This document shows positions 35,289 to 38,525 of a stretch of 38,525 nucleotides of DNA, one piece after another; the first letter of the stretch is position 1; each line of letters begins with the position of its first letter. Source of the DNA: Welwitschia mirabilis (lineage: Eukaryota); the NCBI GenBank assembly GCA_051453625.1, contig JBOZIK010000001.1, forward strand, positions 42,395,355 through 42,433,879, given 5' to 3'. A program made the translations under genes and the position numbers. The notes beneath the pieces are model-generated. The model was not told where the DNA came from and did not search any database. It worked only from the letters and a program-made list of their open reading frames with translations.

Positions 35289-37247
35289 TAGAGGAGGGGG
35301 GTGAACAGGTTCTTTTAAAAATTTATTTTCAAAAATTAAAAATAAATCTATTGAAGCACAGCTTATGTATAAAAATAACTAATTCAAGAATGTGCATAAA
35401 ATAATGGAAAAGCTGAAAGTAAGGAATCAAAAATAAAATGCATAAACTACTAATTTTGATGCATGCTGGATTTATAGTGGTTTAGGAACTCCCCTACTCC
35501 ACTCTCAATGATTATCTTCTCCTCATCTAGATCTTAGATCTCTATTACTTTACAAGTATTTTAGGTTTACTTGTAACCTTTACAAATGGACTTTTATAGG
35601 CTAAGTCTCAAACTTTAGAATAGTTTTTTTAAGGCTAAGTCTCAACTTATAGCATAGAATTTTTAAGGCTAAGTCTTAATCTCTAAAAACAATGAAAGAA
35701 ATGTAGTGATGCCTTAATTACATAAATATCATAGGTTCTGAAGCAGTATAATGAATGGAGCTCTTCTCTAGTAGATCATAACAATGAAGTAGTTAGATCT
35801 GACTTTAAATGAAGTGCTTGTGCCAAGGATGAATCTCCTTAAATCAGATGTGAAGAAGTCAAGATACACCAATGAGAAATCATAGCTTAATTTTTAAGAT
35901 CCAAAATAATTTATCCAAATAATAATAGTGTCCAAAAAGATCTATCGGTCTTCTATTTCCTAGCTATTTATAATGGAAGGCTATTAAGTTTAGCAAATTT
36001 GAATTGTGCCTTCAATGGCTATAAACAACTAGAAAATGGCTAGTTAATGGCTAGAAAATGGATACATAATGTTTAGAAATTTTTCTTTCCATGTCCTCTA
36101 GTCAACCCCATAAGAATCTGGTCAACCCCATGTGGTGTCGTGAATTACATAGGTTACCCAAGAGAAGACTTTGGTTGCACTAGGTTTTTATGTCTCTAAG
36201 TCTAGTCGACCCCATTTAGATCTGGTCAATAAATCCTGGATCTGGTCGACCCCTTGTCTCTTGTTCTAGAACTACTATCTATCAGGTCCTCCCCATAAAA
36301 ATCTCGTCAATCCCTCTAGTTGTAGTTTAGTTTCTCTTAACATCTTCAAATGNNNNNNNNNNNNNNNNNNNNNNNNNNNNNNNNNNNNNNNNNNNNNNNN
36401 NNNNNNNNNNNNNNNNNNNNNNNNNNNNNNNNNNNNNNNNNNNNNNNNNNNNNNNNNNNNNNNNNNNNNNNNNNNNNNNNNNNNNNNNNNNNNNNNNNNN
36501 NNNNNNNNNNNNNNNNNNNNNNNNNNNNNNNNNNNNNNNNNNNNNNNNNNNNNNNNNNNNNNNNNNNNNNNNNNNNNNNNNNNNNNNNNNNNNNNNNNNN
36601 NNNNNNNNNNNNNNNNNNNNNNNNNNNNNNNNNNNNNNNNNNNNNNNNNNNNNNNNNNNNNNNNNNNNNNNNNNNNNNNNNNNNNNNNNNNNNNNNNNNN
36701 NNNNNNNNNNNNNNNNNNNNNNNNNNNNNNNNNNNNNNNNNNNNNNNNNNNNNNNNNNNNNNNNNNNNNNNNNNNNNNNNNNNNNNNNNNNNNNNNNNNN
36801 NNNNNNNNNNNNNNNNNNNNNNNNNNNNNNNNNNNNNNNNNNNNNNNNNNNNNNNNNNNNNNNNNNNNNNNNNNNNNNNNNNNNNNNNNNNNNNNNNNNN
36901 NNNNNNNNNNNNNNNNNNNNNNNNNNNNNNNNNNNNNNNNNNNNNNNNNNNNNNNNNNNNNNNNNNNNNNNNNNNNNNNNNNNNNNNNNNNNNNNNNNNN
37001 NNNNNNNNNNNNNNNNNNNNNNNNNNNNNNNNNNNNNNNNNNNNNNNNNNNNNNNNNNNNNNNNNNNNNNNNNNNNNNNNNNNNNNNNNNNNNNNNNNNN
37101 NNNNNNNNNNNNNNNNNNNNNNNNNNNNNNNNNNNNNNNNNNNNNNNNNNNNNNNNNNNNNNNNNNNNNNNNNNNNNNNNNNNNNNNNACTTTATTGCAC
37201 AAAAGATACAACATTTGTTGACATCAATTGGCAAATATAATCCAATA
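35289..37247 (-). repeat. Sirevirus 3' LTR (gapped; true end lies in the gap at 35189-35288)
   Basis: The minus strand starts TATTGG after a GGGGAAGAT PPT. TATAAATAG at 35964-35972. TCT(A/G)GTC(A/G)ACCCC repeats at 36097-36315. TAGAGGAGGGGGGTGAACAG (the minus-strand TTCACCCCCC..TCTA motif) at 35289. Three AGGCTAAGTCT repeats at 35598-35677. Confidence 0.85.
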
Positions 37248-37248
37248 A

Positions 37249-37553
37249 TCTTCCCCTTTGACATTGATGGCAAACAAATAAGTGATTTTAAAATTAAACA
37301 CTTTTAAGCTCTTTTACCAAAGAATTTGAGACATTTTAACATAATAAAGGCTCCCTCTTTCTCAAATACATATAAACAATTTTAGGAAAAGGAAAACATA
37401 TTAAAACAAACCATTTTCTCCCCTTTAACAAAACACTACATATGTTTGAAAAAAATGCTTCGAAAACACTACATTTTCTCCCCCTTTTACATCAATGGTA
37501 AATAAATATAAACCTTAGATATGTATCTAGAAATATCAAATTCTCTTCCCCTA
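37249..37553 (-). promoter_or_regulatory. Multiple-PPT signature
   Basis: CTTCCCCTTT (37250), CTCCCTCTTT (~37352), TTCTCCCCTTT (37416), TTCTCCCCCTTTT (37476), CTCTTCCCCT (~37543). Confidence 0.85.
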
Positions 37554-38117
37554 ACACTATGTCATATGTAAAAGTAATAATTATTATATTGAAACAAGTT
37601 AAGATAATTGAATAAACAAAATTTTATGATTTTAAATGTTACAAATTTTACTGTATACAATTTGAAAAAAACATAATAATAATGCAAATATGGTCAAGAA
37701 TACTTATTGAATTAAATTATACAAATAGAAATTTTAAGTTCTCCAAAATGAGCACATATAATTTCATACTACCAAATATTAAATGACATATGCCAAATGA
37801 TGCAAAATGCTACAAAAATTATTGCTAGAATATATAACTGATTTGCATTATAAGTAAAACAATTATGCCAATGAGATGATAATATTGAAATGTGTAATGT
37901 CCATAAGAAAAAATGATAAGATAGAATAAAACATCAGAATATTTAAGAATCATAAATAAGAATCCACAGAAAATATTAATAGCTCAAATTAGATATGACC
38001 AAATAACTAACGATCTTTTGTTCTACTACTGTAACTGCTACAAAAATTTTTAAGAGACTGAGCAACCGAGTATAAAACTAGTTGACTGAATATCAAGTTC
38101 AGTTAGCCACCCTACAC

Positions 38118-38525
38118 TTAACTATAGGACAATAAGAGAACCCCCAGTTCATGTCTAAGACAAATAAAAGTATCAAAATTTAGGGGTTTAGTAAAAATAT
38201 CTGCTAATGGTTGATATGTAGAAATAAAATTCATAGATATATGATCTTTTTCAACTTGATCATGAAGAAAATAATGTCTAAGTTCAATATGCTCCATTTT
38301 TGAATGCTGAACTGGAACTTGTTCAAAAGTAATATCAAAATTATTTAACATTTCTTTCATCCATAAAAGTAAGTACACCAGCTTCCTATAGTAATATATT
38401 CAACTTTTGCAATGGAGAGAGAGAAATGAAGTTTTGTTTCTTACTTACCCATCCAACTAGACATGAACCTAGAATAAAGCAATTTTCACTTGTTTGTTTT
38501 CTATCATCTTTACTTCTAGCCTAAT
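38118..38525 (-). pseudogene. Copia (Sirevirus) RNase H, decayed
   Basis: DDRKQTSENCFILGSCLVGWVSKKQNFISLSIAKVEYI...PVQHSKMEHIELRHYFLHDQVEK...QPLADIFTKPL. Confidence 0.95.

Larger units (their letters stand above)
35289..38525 (-). mobile_element. Sirevirus (SIRE/Maximus Copia lineage), 3' portion
   Basis: RNase H, multiple PPTs, an LTR with a repeated-motif cluster upstream of the TATA box, and the conserved C-rich U5 motif. Continues beyond the window. Confidence 0.9.

Overview
Very AT-rich, CpG-depleted flowering-plant heterochromatin-like DNA with several N gaps and no recognisable host gene. It is a nested stack of decayed transposons. (1) A CACTA-like terminus lies at ~1.1-1.55 kb, followed by ~4.5 kb of unidentified ORF-like decayed sequence on both strands. 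(2) An old Ty1/Copia element, E1, runs from ~6.2-10.0 kb and resumes at 32.36-32.77 kb. (3) A pol-less Athila-type element, A (10045-32333), is inserted in the E1 RT. (4) A full-length Athila-type Ty3/Gypsy element, B (12853-25940, perfect TTCAA TSD), is nested in A. (5) A gag-only Copia-type element, C (26789-29467), is also nested in A. (6) A minus-strand Athila-type solo LTR, D (32769-33993), has mismatched flanks. (7) The 3' half of a minus-strand Sirevirus runs from ~35.3 kb to the end. The most unusual structure is the right junction of A: its 3' LTR is followed by a second tRNA-Asp primer-binding site and then a ~205 bp duplication of the target instead of a 5 bp TSD, which resembles an aberrant one-ended integration. 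All identifications are from manual translation and alignment; no database search was run.
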